From an uncultured virus (IMG/VR IMGVR_UViG_3300005764_000014) (lineage: Duplodnaviria; Heunggongvirae; Uroviricota; Caudoviricetes): a stretch of DNA of 64,000 bases. A program made the translations under genes and the position numbers. This document shows positions 45,547-56,278 of the stretch, piece after piece. The DNA is taken from IMG/VR virus record IMGVR_UViG_3300005764_000014, one strand, 5' to 3'. Every line of letters begins with the position of its first letter. Positions within the stretch are counted from its first letter, which is position 1. The notes below the pieces were generated by a model. It saw only the letters and a list, made by a program, of their open reading frames with translations. It did not search any database and was not told the origin of the DNA.

Positions 45547-48500
45547 TGGCGTTCGACGCCGGCACGATCATCGCCCACCTGGACCTCGATGACGCCGACT
45601 TCGAGCGCAAGCTGCGTGAGGACGTCGCCAAGGTAGAGGCGTTCGAGCGCGGCGAGCACGAGATCCGCATCACCCCGAAGGTCGACGCCCAGTCCGAGCA
45701 GGAGACCCGGCGCAGCTTCGAGCGGCTCGACCGCCAGGTCACCGAGGATGCCAAGCGCCGCGGCGGCATGTTCGGCGTGCTGCATTCCATCTTCGGCAGG
45801 GGCGGGTCTACCGCCGGCGCGGCGGGCAACGCCCGCGGGTTCTTCTCCCGCACCCTGGGCGGCATCGGTCCCGGCGTGCTGGGCATCGGCGCGCGAACAG
45901 CCACCATCGCCGGGGCGGGTGCACTGGGCATCGGCGCGCTGCCCGCGCTGCTCGCCCCGGCCGCCGCGCTCGGCACCGGGGCGCTCGGCCTCGGCGCTAT
46001 CGCCCTGTCCGCCAAGACACTGATCGGCACCAAGCAGGCCCAGGGCCCGCTGTACGCCCAGGGCCAGGCCGCCGGGAAGGCGCTGCAGGAAGGGCTGCTC
46101 GACGGGGCCAAGACGATGCTCGGCCCGCTGCGCACCGCCCTGGGCGAGATCCCCAAGCTGATGAAGCAGATCCAGCCGGATCTGCGGGCCTTCTTCTCCG
46201 GGGCGGCGACCCTGATCCAGCCGTTCCTGCACGGCCTGGTCGACATCGCGCATGACGTGCTGCCCGGTCTCGGGCAGGCCTTCCGGGCCGCCGCGCCGCT
46301 GATCCGGCCGCTGCTGGACGGCATCGGCCAGCTTGTCCGCGGGTTCCTGCCCGGCCTGGTCACGCTGCTGCGGGCCAGCATGCCCGCCATCCGGGTGTTC
46401 TCCCAGATCCTCGGCACCCTGGGCCGTGATCTCGGCCAGATGTTCACCCTGATGGCCCCGGTGCTGCGGCAGAGCGCGGTGCTGCTGAAGGCAATCTTCG
46501 ACGTGGTCGGCTCGCTGCTGCCGATCATCGCCCGGCTGGCCGGGATGTTCGCCCGTGCCCTCGCGCCGGTCATCGGTGCCTTCGCTGGTGCGCTGAAGGC
46601 GCTGGAGCCGGCCCTGATCATCATCGGCAAGATGATCGCCGGGCTGGCGGGCGCGGTCCTGAGAGATCTTTCCGATGCCCTGGTGGCGCTGGCCAAGCTG
46701 CTGGCCGCCATCGCCCCGTCCCTCGACATCGTCGCCAAGGTGTTCACCCAGCTTGTCACCACCCTGGAGTCCAGCGGGGTGTTCGCCACCATCGGCTCGG
46801 CCTTCGAGGCAATCGCCAAGCCCCTCGGCCAGCTCATCAACGCCCTGGTCCGCGGCCTGGTGCCGATCCTGCCGCCGCTGATCAAGTTCCTCGCCCAGGT
46901 CAGCGCGATCCTGGTGTCCGGGGTGGCCAAGGCCGTCGAAGCGCTGATGCCGTCGCTGGTCCGGCTGGTCCGTGATGCCCTCGGGCTGTTGGCCAAGATC
47001 CTCCCGCCGCTGCTGCCGCCGCTGACCCGTTTCGCCGGGCTGTTCACCCAGACCCTGGTTGACACCATCGTCAAGCTGGTCCCGCCGCTGCTCACCCTCG
47101 CGGACTCGATCCTCGCCCAGCTCGCGGTGCTGCTGCCGCCGCTGCTGCCGGTGCTGATCCAGTTCTTCGGCCTGTTCACCGGGGTAGCCGCGGGCATCAT
47201 CGAGGGCATCGCGTCCGGGCTGAACGCGATCATGACCGCGATCCCGCCGAACGTGCTGGCCAGCATCGTCATCGCGCTGACCGCCCTGGTCGGGCTGATC
47301 AAGCTGTGGGGGGTCTTCCAGGCGATCCTCGACATCGCCCTCGACGCCAACCCGATCGGCCTGTTCGCGCTCGGCGTGGCCGCCTTGATCGGCATCGTGC
47401 TCCTGCTGTGGACGCACTGGAAGACGGTGTGGAACGGCATCAAGACCGTGGCCGAGGCCGCCTGGAACTTCCTCACCCACGGCTGGGGCCAGTGGCTGGT
47501 CCCCGGGCTGACGCTGATCCGGCTAGCCGTCGGGTTCGTCCGCGACCACTGGAAACAGGCGTGGGACGACATCAAGCAGGCCGGGCTGGACGCCTGGCAC
47601 TTCATCCACGACGACATCTTCGCGCCGCTGGTCAACTTCGTGACCAAGGACATCCCCGGTGCCTTCCACGACGCGGTCACCTTCATCGGCCAGAAGTGGG
47701 ACGACATCAAGCGGATCGTCTGGACCCCGGTGAACTGGGTGGTCAACAACGTGCTCGATGGGCTGATCAGCGCGTTCGACTGGATCGTGAGCAAGATCGG
47801 CCTGGGCTCCATCAAGATCGCCCCGTTCCACATCGCCGGCCTGGCCAAGGGTGGCCGGCTGCCCGGCTGGGGCGGCGGTGACCGGTGGCCGGCGCTGCTG
47901 GAGTCCGGCGAGACCGTGGTGTCCAAGGAGCACAGCAGCGTCCTGGCGGACATCTTCGCCGCCGTCGGCGTGCCCGGCTATCAGCAGGGCGGCGTGGTCC
48001 GCCCGGACCAGCCGCACTTCGGCCAGCAGCGGGCCACCCACAACGTCGGCAGCCCGATCGCCGGGTTCTTCCACAAGGCTGCGGACATTGGCAAGATCAC
48101 CGCGGCGCTGTTCAGCGGCAACACTCAGGCGCTGTCCAACGCGGTGATGGACCTGGTCGGGGCCAAGGGGGCCGGCGGCGCGACCGCGGGCATGGCCCGG
48201 CTGCTCGGCGGGATGACCAACACCGTGCTGAAGGACATCGTGCACTGGCTGATCGGCCAGGCCGGGGCGGGCAGCAGCAACGCGATCGTCCGGTACGCCG
48301 AGTCGTTCATCGGCAAGGTGCCCTATGTCTGGGGCGGCACCACCCCGCAGGGCTGGGACTGCTCCGGGTTCGTGGAATGGGTGTACCGGCACTTCGGCTA
48401 CCAGCCGCCGCGCACCGCGGACGAGCAGTTCGGCTGGGCGCAGCACACCGCGCGGCCGGTCCCCGGCGGCCTGGCGTTCTTCGCCGGCGCGGACGGCACC

Positions 48501-49232
48501 CAGGGCATGCCCGGCCACGTCGGCATCGTCGTCGGGCCCAACCGGATGGTCGACGCCTTCGGCACCGGCTTCGGCACCCGGTTCGACTCGATCATCGGCA
48601 GCTCGGGCGCGATCTCCGGGTTCGGCGTGCCACCCGGCGGGTTCCGCGCGCCAGGCACCGGGCTGGCGTCGGGCACATGGACCCTGGGCGGCCTGGAGCG
48701 GCTGTGGGAGTCGGCCGGTGGCCCGGCCTCCGCGGCGCACATCGCCGCCGCCATCGCGCTCGCGGAGTCCGGCGGCAACCCCCGGGCCCGCAACCCCTCG
48801 GGCGCGTCCGGGCTGTTCCAGATCCTCGGCCAGGTCTTCCCGGGCAACATCTTCAACCCGTTCATCAACGCCCGCAACGCGGTGCGCAAGTACTTCCAGG
48901 CCGGCGGCTTCAGCCCGTGGGTGACCTACCTGACTGGCGCGTACCGGCAGTTCATGGACAACGGCGGCTGGATGCTGCCCGGCGGGGCGTACGCCAACGC
49001 CACCGGCCGCCCCGAGGCGGTGCTCAACCCGCAGCAGAGCGCGGCGTTCGTCAAGTTCGCGGAGGCCGCGCACGAGATGTCCCGCGGCGGCGGAGCTGGC
49101 CGGGGCGGCCTCGGCGGGTTCCGCGACCTGTACGTGATGCTGCCCGAGGGCTCCACCGTCGCCCAGGCCCTCAACGAGGTCACCTGGCAGTTGCAGGCCA
49201 GCCGCCAGCAGACGTTCACGGGGGTGACCTGA
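45546..49232 (+). CDS. Tape measure protein with C-terminal NlpC/P60 and lytic transglycosylase domains
   Basis: Amphipathic and Trp repeats; PYVWGG..DCSG..GHVGI; AESGGNP.ARN.SGASGLFQI. Confidence 0.95.
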   Translation: MAFDAGTIIAHLDLDDADFERKLREDVAKVEAFERGEHEIRITPKVDAQSEQETRRSFERLDRQVTEDAKRRGGMFGVLHSIFGRGGSTAGAAGNARGFFSRTLGGIGPGVLGIGARTATIAGAGALGIGALPALLAPAAALGTGALGLGAIALSAKTLIGTKQAQGPLYAQGQAAGKALQEGLLDGAKTMLGPLRTALGEIPKLMKQIQPDLRAFFSGAATLIQPFLHGLVDIAHDVLPGLGQAFRAAAPLIRPLLDGIGQLVRGFLPGLVTLLRASMPAIRVFSQILGTLGRDLGQMFTLMAPVLRQSAVLLKAIFDVVGSLLPIIARLAGMFARALAPVIGAFAGALKALEPALIIIGKMIAGLAGAVLRDLSDALVALAKLLAAIAPSLDIVAKVFTQLVTTLESSGVFATIGSAFEAIAKPLGQLINALVRGLVPILPPLIKFLAQVSAILVSGVAKAVEALMPSLVRLVRDALGLLAKILPPLLPPLTRFAGLFTQTLVDTIVKLVPPLLTLADSILAQLAVLLPPLLPVLIQFFGLFTGVAAGIIEGIASGLNAIMTAIPPNVLASIVIALTALVGLIKLWGVFQAILDIALDANPIGLFALGVAALIGIVLLLWTHWKTVWNGIKTVAEAAWNFLTHGWGQWLVPGLTLIRLAVGFVRDHWKQAWDDIKQAGLDAWHFIHDDIFAPLVNFVTKDIPGAFHDAVTFIGQKWDDIKRIVWTPVNWVVNNVLDGLISAFDWIVSKIGLGSIKIAPFHIAGLAKGGRLPGWGGGDRWPALLESGETVVSKEHSSVLADIFAAVGVPGYQQGGVVRPDQPHFGQQRATHNVGSPIAGFFHKAADIGKITAALFSGNTQALSNAVMDLVGAKGAGGATAGMARLLGGMTNTVLKDIVHWLIGQAGAGSSNAIVRYAESFIGKVPYVWGGTTPQGWDCSGFVEWVYRHFGYQPPRTADEQFGWAQHTARPVPGGLAFFAGADGTQGMPGHVGIVVGPNRMVDAFGTGFGTRFDSIIGSSGAISGFGVPPGGFRAPGTGLASGTWTLGGLERLWESAGGPASAAHIAAAIALAESGGNPRARNPSGASGLFQILGQVFPGNIFNPFINARNAVRKYFQAGGFSPWVTYLTGAYRQFMDNGGWMLPGGAYANATGRPEAVLNPQQSAAFVKFAEAAHEMSRGGGAGRGGLGGFRDLYVMLPEGSTVAQALNEVTWQLQASRQQTFTGVT

Positions 49233-49233
49233 C

Positions 49234-50163
49234 ATGGCCGAGGTAGTTCTCGCCCAGGGCCAGTACTCGATCGGCGCGGACATGCCCGGCGGCGACCCGA
49301 ACGCGGTGATCTACGGCTGGGGCACCGCCCTGCTGGTGCAGAACACCGCCGTCGACACCGGCACGATGACCACCCAGGACACCGCAGTCACCGGGCACGA
49401 CGGGCAGATCTTCGGCGTCGACACACTGCCGGGCATGTCGGTCACCCAGACCGGCGTGGCCTACATCAACGCCAACGGCAAGGGCGCGCTGGACGCCTTC
49501 TCCACCCTCGCGGGCAAGTGGACCGACCCGGGCGTGCGGCTGGTCAACGGCACCGTGCAGATCCTCCGGGCTTGGTACCCGGTGTCCAACGTGACCCGCC
49601 GCGCCTACGGCAGGGGCCGCAAGATCCAGCCGGCCTACGGCGCGGCCAACCAGGGCGCGGTGCCGTGGACCGCGCAGTTCCAGGCCGCCGACTGCACCTG
49701 GTATTCCGAGACCGAGAACAGCCTGACCCTCACCCAGGTGCCGTCCTACCTGGGCACGCTGACGTTCCCGGTCACCCCGCCGTTCCAGTGGGCGTCCGCG
49801 ATCAACTACCAGCAGAACGCGCTCACCAACACCGGGCCCGCGCCCACCTGGCCGGTGATCACCTTCACCGGGCCGTGCACCAACCCCGGGCTGGCCTACG
49901 TCAACACCCCGGTGGCCATCGCCTACCAGGGCGTGCTGCCGGGTGGCCAGTCCCTGGTCATCGACACCCGGCCGTGGGCCCGCACCGCGATGATCGGCAC
50001 CGCCTCCGCGGCGGGCGCGCTCACCGGCAACCCGATGATCAACTTCCAGCTCCCGCAGGGCTCGACCCTGGCCCGGTTCACCGGCACCGACTACACCGGC
50101 ACGGCCACCTGCGTCATCAAGTGGCGGAACGCCTGGCCCGCGATCGGAGGCACGCTGTCATGA
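49234..50163 (+). CDS. Distal tail (Dit-like) protein
   Basis: Follows the tape measure; NTGPAPTWPVITFTGP..NP, LVIDT and WRNAW. Confidence 0.85.
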   Translation: MAEVVLAQGQYSIGADMPGGDPNAVIYGWGTALLVQNTAVDTGTMTTQDTAVTGHDGQIFGVDTLPGMSVTQTGVAYINANGKGALDAFSTLAGKWTDPGVRLVNGTVQILRAWYPVSNVTRRAYGRGRKIQPAYGAANQGAVPWTAQFQAADCTWYSETENSLTLTQVPSYLGTLTFPVTPPFQWASAINYQQNALTNTGPAPTWPVITFTGPCTNPGLAYVNTPVAIAYQGVLPGGQSLVIDTRPWARTAMIGTASAAGALTGNPMINFQLPQGSTLARFTGTDYTGTATCVIKWRNAWPAIGGTLS

Positions 50164-51128
50164 CCTTCACCACAGCCGTCTGGGCGGTCGACGGCAACGC
50201 CGTGGACGCCGCCTACGCGCGGCTGATGCTGCAGGCCGCCACCCTCGGCGCGCAGGGCGTCGTCGGGCACCTGGACTGCATCGTGCGGGCGACCGCCACG
50301 CCGAGCGCGGGCATCACGATCGACCCCGGGCAGGTGGTCATCCAGGGCGTCGAGGCGAGCTACCAGGGCTCCTACCACTCGTGGAACATCGGCCTGGATT
50401 CCACGCTGACCATTGGCGCGACCGGCGGGTCCATCCGGTCGGACATGATCGTCGCCCGCGCCGAGGACCCCACCTGGTCCGGGTCGCCGTGGGGCAACCC
50501 TGCTTCCGGGCAGATCGTCTTCCCCCGGGTGATCTCCGGGGTGTCCGCGGGCGCGACCACTCCGCCCGGCGGCCAGTCCTGCATCCCCCTGGCCCGGATC
50601 GACATGCCCGCCTCGACGTCGGTGGTGCAGAACTCCTACATCCACGACCTGCGCCAGGTGGCGATCCCGCAGACCCAGACCGTGCAGTTGTTCGCGGCCG
50701 GGCCCGGCTCGCCCACCAACTGGACCACGTCGTCCAGCACTGCCGTGCGGTGGCCGCCGGGCGCGTCCTGGCAGGTGCCGATCCCGGCCTGGGCGACCAC
50801 CTGCATCCTGATGTGGCAGATCGGGGAGGCCGGCTGGAACTCTGGCTGGGCCCGCGGCTTCGTATGGCCGGTGTTCGGCGCGTCGGTGACCGCGCCGACG
50901 GTGGCGTTCCCGCAGACCCTGACCTCGATCCAGGCCGCCGCCGGGCCCTACCGGCACACCCTCGGCGGCGGCGGCCAGGTGGCCATCCCCGCCTCGATCC
51001 GCGGCACCACCCAGACCCTGCAAATGGCCCAGATCTCCACGCCCAGCGGCGGCGGGATCATGGGCGTCGATGAAGGCGGGGGCACGTCGATCGTCCTCAC
51101 CTTCCAGCAGTCGGCCGCAGTGGCCTAA
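50160..51128 (+). CDS. Minor tail protein
   Basis: RSDMIVARAEDP, IPLARI and IHDLR motifs. Confidence 0.8.
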   Translation: MTFTTAVWAVDGNAVDAAYARLMLQAATLGAQGVVGHLDCIVRATATPSAGITIDPGQVVIQGVEASYQGSYHSWNIGLDSTLTIGATGGSIRSDMIVARAEDPTWSGSPWGNPASGQIVFPRVISGVSAGATTPPGGQSCIPLARIDMPASTSVVQNSYIHDLRQVAIPQTQTVQLFAAGPGSPTNWTTSSSTAVRWPPGASWQVPIPAWATTCILMWQIGEAGWNSGWARGFVWPVFGASVTAPTVAFPQTLTSIQAAAGPYRHTLGGGGQVAIPASIRGTTQTLQMAQISTPSGGGIMGVDEGGGTSIVLTFQQSAAVA

Positions 51129-51146
51129 CCGAAAGGAAGCAAGATC

Positions 51147-51845
51147 ATGTCCAATCCACATCTGGTGGGAGCGGCCGAGAAGCTGGTGGTCGGGGCTGGT
51201 GCCCCGCACGCCGACGCGGCTGGGGTCCACACCGACTTCCGGGTCCGGCGCTGGGACGCCAGCCAGACCGCCTACGTGGCCCGCAAGGTCCGCAACGGCG
51301 GCACCCGCTACGCCGGGGTCCGCGAGCTGACGCCGCGGATCTTCGAGCACTTCATGGTCGCGCCTTATGAGGACACCACCGACTACGACTGCAACATGAT
51401 CGTCCAGGCCGGGTGGGTGGCACTGCTCGGCGGGGTGGCCGGGTCCACGATGTCCCCCAAGTTCGGCGCGGCCAACGCCCGGATCGGGGTCGGGACCAGC
51501 TCCACCGCGGCGGCGTACGCGCAGACCACCCTGCAGGGCGACACCGGGGCCGCGTCCACGACCAGCTACTTCAAGCTGTGCTCGGGCGCACCCACGATCG
51601 CCACCGGCTCCTCGCCGCCGACGCTCACGTTCACGTCGGTGTTCGGCACCGCCCAGGCCAACTTCGCCTGGAACGAGTTCGGCTCCGACGCCGGCACCGC
51701 GGACTCCGTGTCCAACGCCACCACGGGCGGCACGTTCTTCAACCGGGGCGTCAGCGCCCAGGGCACCAAGGCGGCCGGCCAGACCTGGACCGCCACCGAG
51801 ACGATCTCCTTCGGCTACCCCTCGGGCTCGGGCACGGTTAGCTGA
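51147..51845 (+). CDS. Minor tail/structural protein
   Basis: RIGVGTS, ANFAWNEFG, FNR and GTK...TWT. Confidence 0.7.
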   Translation: MSNPHLVGAAEKLVVGAGAPHADAAGVHTDFRVRRWDASQTAYVARKVRNGGTRYAGVRELTPRIFEHFMVAPYEDTTDYDCNMIVQAGWVALLGGVAGSTMSPKFGAANARIGVGTSSTAAAYAQTTLQGDTGAASTTSYFKLCSGAPTIATGSSPPTLTFTSVFGTAQANFAWNEFGSDAGTADSVSNATTGGTFFNRGVSAQGTKAAGQTWTATETISFGYPSGSGTVS

Positions 51846-51848
51846 GCT

Positions 51849-52631
51849 GTGGCCGCATCCGTCCGCGCCTCCGCCACCTACGCGACCACCGCCGCCGCCG
51901 AGGCGTCCTGCACCGTTCCCCTGCCGTCCGGGTGGGCGGCGGGGGACGTGTGCTATGTGTTCGCCGGCCTGCGGGCCGCGACCGGGGCGCTCGGTGCCGC
52001 CCCCACCGGGTGGGTGAACATACTGGCCAGCTTCCACGCCGCGTCGTCTACCTCCTCGGAGGCTGCGGTGTACCGGCGGGTTCTGCAGGCTGGTGACGCC
52101 GCCCCGGTGATCACCGGGACCTCGGGCCGGTTCGGCTGCGTGTCCACGGCGGTGCAGGGCGCGGACGGCACCACCCCCGAGGACGGGGTGACCATCGTCA
52201 CCGACGCCGGCCCGGCCAGCGCGCCGGCGTCCCCGTACGCGATGGCAACCTCGTCCATCACCCCCGCGTCCGCCAGCGACCTGCTGCTGGTGTTCTGGTC
52301 GGCGGGCACCTCCACCTCAGGTGCCACAATCACCTGGTCCACCCCGGCGGGGATGTCCGTCGCCGCGCAGGTGTCCAGCGCGGTAGCCACGGCCACGAAC
52401 GCCTCCAGCATGGCCGCTTCGCTGGCCCTGTCCGCCGCTACCGCCACGGGTGCCCAGTCGTCCACGGCCACAACCAGCAGCGGCACCCTGGCCCCGCAGG
52501 CGGTGACGCTGGTGGTCCGCTCGGCAGCCGGTGCACCCGCCTCGCTGCTGCCACAGCAGGTCAGGATGCGCTACCCCGCCATCACCCTCCGCCTGTCCAG
52601 CAGCCGCAGCGGCGCAACCTACGGGAGATGA
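51849..52631 (+). CDS. Ala/Ser/Thr-rich minor virion protein
   Basis: Beta-rich; located in the tail region. Confidence 0.65.
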   Translation: MAASVRASATYATTAAAEASCTVPLPSGWAAGDVCYVFAGLRAATGALGAAPTGWVNILASFHAASSTSSEAAVYRRVLQAGDAAPVITGTSGRFGCVSTAVQGADGTTPEDGVTIVTDAGPASAPASPYAMATSSITPASASDLLLVFWSAGTSTSGATITWSTPAGMSVAAQVSSAVATATNASSMAASLALSAATATGAQSSTATTSSGTLAPQAVTLVVRSAAGAPASLLPQQVRMRYPAITLRLSSSRSGATYGR

Positions 52632-52632
52632 C

Positions 52633-53133
52633 ATGAGTGAGTACAACGCGATCCCCCGGGCCACCACGTCGCCGTTCATGCCGGTGGTGGTGGCCCTGGT
52701 CGGCGGCACCGCCAAGACAGTGCTGCAGGTTGCCACGCCGTCGACCACCGACATCCTGGTGCTCGGCTGGCAGGTGTCCTTCGACGGCGCGTCCGGTACC
52801 GCAGTGCCGGTGATCTGCCAGCTCATCGACGGCGACGTGGCCGCCACGGTGACCGCGCTGACCCCCGACACCTACGGCAACGCCCAGCAGCCCGCCTCGC
52901 TGTGCGTCGGCGGCACATCCGCGACCGGTTACAACGCCTCCGTGGAAGGCACGATGACCACCGTTCGCCAGCTCGACGCCGACCACGTCCACCCGCAGGC
53001 GGGCTACGGGATCTGGTTCCCCGAGGCGTGCCGCCCCCGGGTCGGGGTGTCCCGGTTCCTGCGTATTCGCTGCCAGGCCCCGGCCGCAGTGAACGTGATC
53101 CCCGCCGTGTGGTGGGCCGAGCCCGCCGTCTAG
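52633..53133 (+). CDS. Minor virion protein
   Basis: GGGAG RBS; located in the tail region. Confidence 0.7.
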   Translation: MSEYNAIPRATTSPFMPVVVALVGGTAKTVLQVATPSTTDILVLGWQVSFDGASGTAVPVICQLIDGDVAATVTALTPDTYGNAQQPASLCVGGTSATGYNASVEGTMTTVRQLDADHVHPQAGYGIWFPEACRPRVGVSRFLRIRCQAPAAVNVIPAVWWAEPAV

Positions 53134-53146
53134 CCGCTAGGGGGCT

Positions 53147-56100
53147 GTGATGCGCGGCGCAGCCGCGAATGTCTGGCGCGGGCCGGGCATCCCGGTCCTC
53201 CCCGCGCAAGCGACCGCTGCCTCGATCACCCTGGCGGACGCGGCTGGGGCCGCCGACGCCTCGGTGGCAGCCGGCCCCAGTATCCCGTTCGTCGTCGCCA
53301 CTGGGCTGACCACCGGCTCGGGCACCAGCCGCACCGCCACGGTGAGCACACCGACCAGCGCCGGGGACACGCTGCTGGCCGTGGTCACCACGCAGGCGAC
53401 GGCCTGTGACATCAGCGCGCTGGCCGACGCCAAGGGCAACGTCTACACGCTGGACACCCAGTCGCAGGTCAACGTCCCGATGACCACGTTCTTCCGGTCG
53501 CCGGGTGCGACCGGCGGGCCAGGCGGCGGGCCCACCGTAGCCCTGGCCAGCGGCGACATCGTGACCGCGACCGAGCCCTCAGCGCAGACCGGCAACGTGC
53601 AGATCCTGCTGATCGACGTCCCCGGCGCGGGCCCGCTGGACAAGAAATCGGCCGCCCCGGCCAACGGCGTCTCCACGTCCCCGGCGGTCAGCCTGGCCCC
53701 CACCGTGGACAATGACATCGCCGTGGTGCTGCTGGCCACCACTAACGCAGGTGGCGCTCCCGCGATCAGCAGCCCGTTCACCCTGATCACCAGCTACCAC
53801 ACCGGGGTCAACCCGTACAACACCGCAGCCTGGCAGCAACTGGGGACCGGGACCGCCGGGGTAAGCCAAGCCTTCGGCGCGACCACCGCCGGCGGCCAGT
53901 GGTACGTGGTGCAGTACCAGTTCCAGCCCGCCCCCACCAGCACTTCAGTGGCCCTGGCTGACGCCGCTGGCGGGGCCGATGCGCTCAGCGTGTCCGCCGC
54001 GCTGGGCCTGGCAGATCCCGCAGCAGCGGCGGACCAGCCGGTTGTTACCGCTTCAGCCCCGTTCGCTGAAGCCGCCGCCGCTGCGGACACGGCAGCCGCC
54101 ACCGCCGCGGTTCCTGTCTCCGAAGCAGCCGCCGCCGCCGATGCGGTGAGCGTAACAGCCGCCGTCGGTGTCACTGACCAGGCCGCCGCCGCCGAGGCCC
54201 AGCCCCGGGAGCTGTATGAGGCAGCGGGCGCGGCCGACCAGGTGACCGTCGCGGAGACAACGTCCCTCCCAGATGCCGCTGGGGCGGCCGAGACCCTGAC
54301 CACGGCGGCCAGCCTGGCTGTTACCGACGCCGCGGCTGCGACAGAGCAGCAGTCGGCAGCGGCTGTCGTGACGCTTGCCGAGTCCGGAGCATCAGCCGAG
54401 GCGTCGGTGGCCACCGCCACGGTACCGCTGCCCGAGCAGGCCGCTGCGGTGGAAGCCCAGCCGCGGATGCTCACCGAGGCGGCGGGCGCGGCCGAGCTGG
54501 CCACCGCGACCGCGACCGTCCCGGCCGCGGATGCCGCCGGATCGACAGACACCCTGGTGGTGGCGGCATCCGCGGGCACCGCCGATGCGGCGGGCGCTGC
54601 GGATGCTATCGCGGTTGTCGTCGGCGCGGTGGTCAGCTACGCCGATGCGGCCGGCGCGGCCGAGCAGCTCGGCGTGGCGGGTGCCGTCCTGGCCGGGGAG
54701 GCCGCAGCCGCAACCGAACAGGCCACGGCCAGCGCGGCGGTGCCGCTGCCCGACCAGGCCGGCGCAGCCGAGGCTATCGCGGTCACGGGCGCGGTGCCGC
54801 TGGCCGAGCAGGCGGGGGCCGCGGACGTCCTCGCGGTCCCCACCCAGACCCGCGCGGTCACCGACGCGGCTGGGGCGGCGGACCAGGTCAGCGTGGCCGA
54901 GACCACGTCCCTGCCCGACGCGGCGGCAGCCGCGGACGCCGTGGTGGTCACCGGGGCGGGCGCGGCCACGTTCACCGAGGCGGCAGGAGCGGCCGATCAG
55001 GTGGCGGTGGCTGGTGCCAGCCCGGCCGGTGACCAAGCCGCCGCAGCCGACGCCGTAGCCGCAGCCGTATCGCTCGGTGTGGCCGACCAGGCCGGCGCTT
55101 CCGACGCTATCGCGGTAGTGGTCGGCGCGCAGATCGCCCTCGGTGATGCTGGCGGCGCTGCCGATCAGGTGGCCGCCAGCGCCACCGTCCTGGCCGCCGA
55201 CACAGGTGCTGCTGCCGAGGGTGTGGTCACTGCCGCATCTCTCGCCGCCGGCGACCAGGCCGGCGCAGCCGATGCTATCTCGGTCATCGTCGGTGCGCAG
55301 ATCTCCTGGCCTGACGCGGGCGCGGCGGCCGACCAGGTAGCGGTCAGCGTGGCCGCCCTGCCCGGGGATGTTGGTTCCGCAGCAGACCTGCTTGCGCCAT
55401 CCGCCGCGCTCAGCATCCCCGACCAGGGCGGTGCCGCAGACGCTATCAGCGTCCAGGTCGGCGCTGTGGTCACATTGGCAGATATTGGGGCCGCCGCCGA
55501 CTCGCCGGGGGGCATGTCGGTACAACTGGCCGCCACTGACACCGGGGCTGCCGCTGACAGCCTCACAGTGGCTGTCTCGGCTCAGCCGTCGCTGGCCGAC
55601 TCCGGGGCCGTTAGAGAGGCTCTCAGCGCCTCGGTCACCACGGCGCGTGGCGATGTGGCAGCGGCCAGTGACATCCTGGTCACCGGCCTGGCCACCAACG
55701 TGTTCCTGGCCGACGCCGCCGCCGCAGGAGAGCTTTTCCGGGCCTCGGCGGTGCTGCTGACCCCCGAGCCCACCTGGCGGGCCGGTGCGGAGGCGGCCCG
55801 GTGGAACGGGCACGCAGAGCCGGCCCGCTGGCGCGTGGCACCGGGCCCGTCCGGCTGGCAGGCTGTTATCAGCCCTCCCCGCTGGGCCGCGCATCTTTCC
55901 CCGGCACAGTGGGAGGCACTGATGGCCGCGTTCAAGCCGATCGCCGCGGTGTCGCAGCAGTTCATCAACATCACCTGGACCTCCGACCTCGCCGGCGGCG
56001 AGACCAACCCGGTGACCGCGGCGCTCCCGGCGCGGTTCGCGGTGCCGGTGTCGTCGGGGGATGAGACCCGCCCCGCCGAGCCGTCGGCCTGGTTCGACTG

Positions 56101-56278
56101 CGTCTGGCTCGACCCCGCCGGGCGGCAGAAAGGCTGGATCGCCCAGGGCTCGGTCGGCCCGCTGGCGCTCGGCGGCCTGGTGCAGCTCACCGCGGGCATC
56201 ACCTACGACGTGTGGGGCGAGGTCGACACCGGGTCGGAGACCGTCCGGGCGTTCGTCGGGACGCAGAAGGCCTACTAG
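53147..56278 (+). CDS. Long Ala-rich repeat fibre/appendage protein
   Basis: Dozens of roughly 21-aa D/E-x-AGAAD/E repeats. Confidence 0.75.
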   Translation: MMRGAAANVWRGPGIPVLPAQATAASITLADAAGAADASVAAGPSIPFVVATGLTTGSGTSRTATVSTPTSAGDTLLAVVTTQATACDISALADAKGNVYTLDTQSQVNVPMTTFFRSPGATGGPGGGPTVALASGDIVTATEPSAQTGNVQILLIDVPGAGPLDKKSAAPANGVSTSPAVSLAPTVDNDIAVVLLATTNAGGAPAISSPFTLITSYHTGVNPYNTAAWQQLGTGTAGVSQAFGATTAGGQWYVVQYQFQPAPTSTSVALADAAGGADALSVSAALGLADPAAAADQPVVTASAPFAEAAAAADTAAATAAVPVSEAAAAADAVSVTAAVGVTDQAAAAEAQPRELYEAAGAADQVTVAETTSLPDAAGAAETLTTAASLAVTDAAAATEQQSAAAVVTLAESGASAEASVATATVPLPEQAAAVEAQPRMLTEAAGAAELATATATVPAADAAGSTDTLVVAASAGTADAAGAADAIAVVVGAVVSYADAAGAAEQLGVAGAVLAGEAAAATEQATASAAVPLPDQAGAAEAIAVTGAVPLAEQAGAADVLAVPTQTRAVTDAAGAADQVSVAETTSLPDAAAAADAVVVTGAGAATFTEAAGAADQVAVAGASPAGDQAAAADAVAAAVSLGVADQAGASDAIAVVVGAQIALGDAGGAADQVAASATVLAADTGAAAEGVVTAASLAAGDQAGAADAISVIVGAQISWPDAGAAADQVAVSVAALPGDVGSAADLLAPSAALSIPDQGGAADAISVQVGAVVTLADIGAAADSPGGMSVQLAATDTGAAADSLTVAVSAQPSLADSGAVREALSASVTTARGDVAAASDILVTGLATNVFLADAAAAGELFRASAVLLTPEPTWRAGAEAARWNGHAEPARWRVAPGPSGWQAVISPPRWAAHLSPAQWEALMAAFKPIAAVSQQFINITWTSDLAGGETNPVTAALPARFAVPVSSGDETRPAEPSAWFDCVWLDPAGRQKGWIAQGSVGPLALGGLVQLTAGITYDVWGEVDTGSETVRAFVGTQKAY

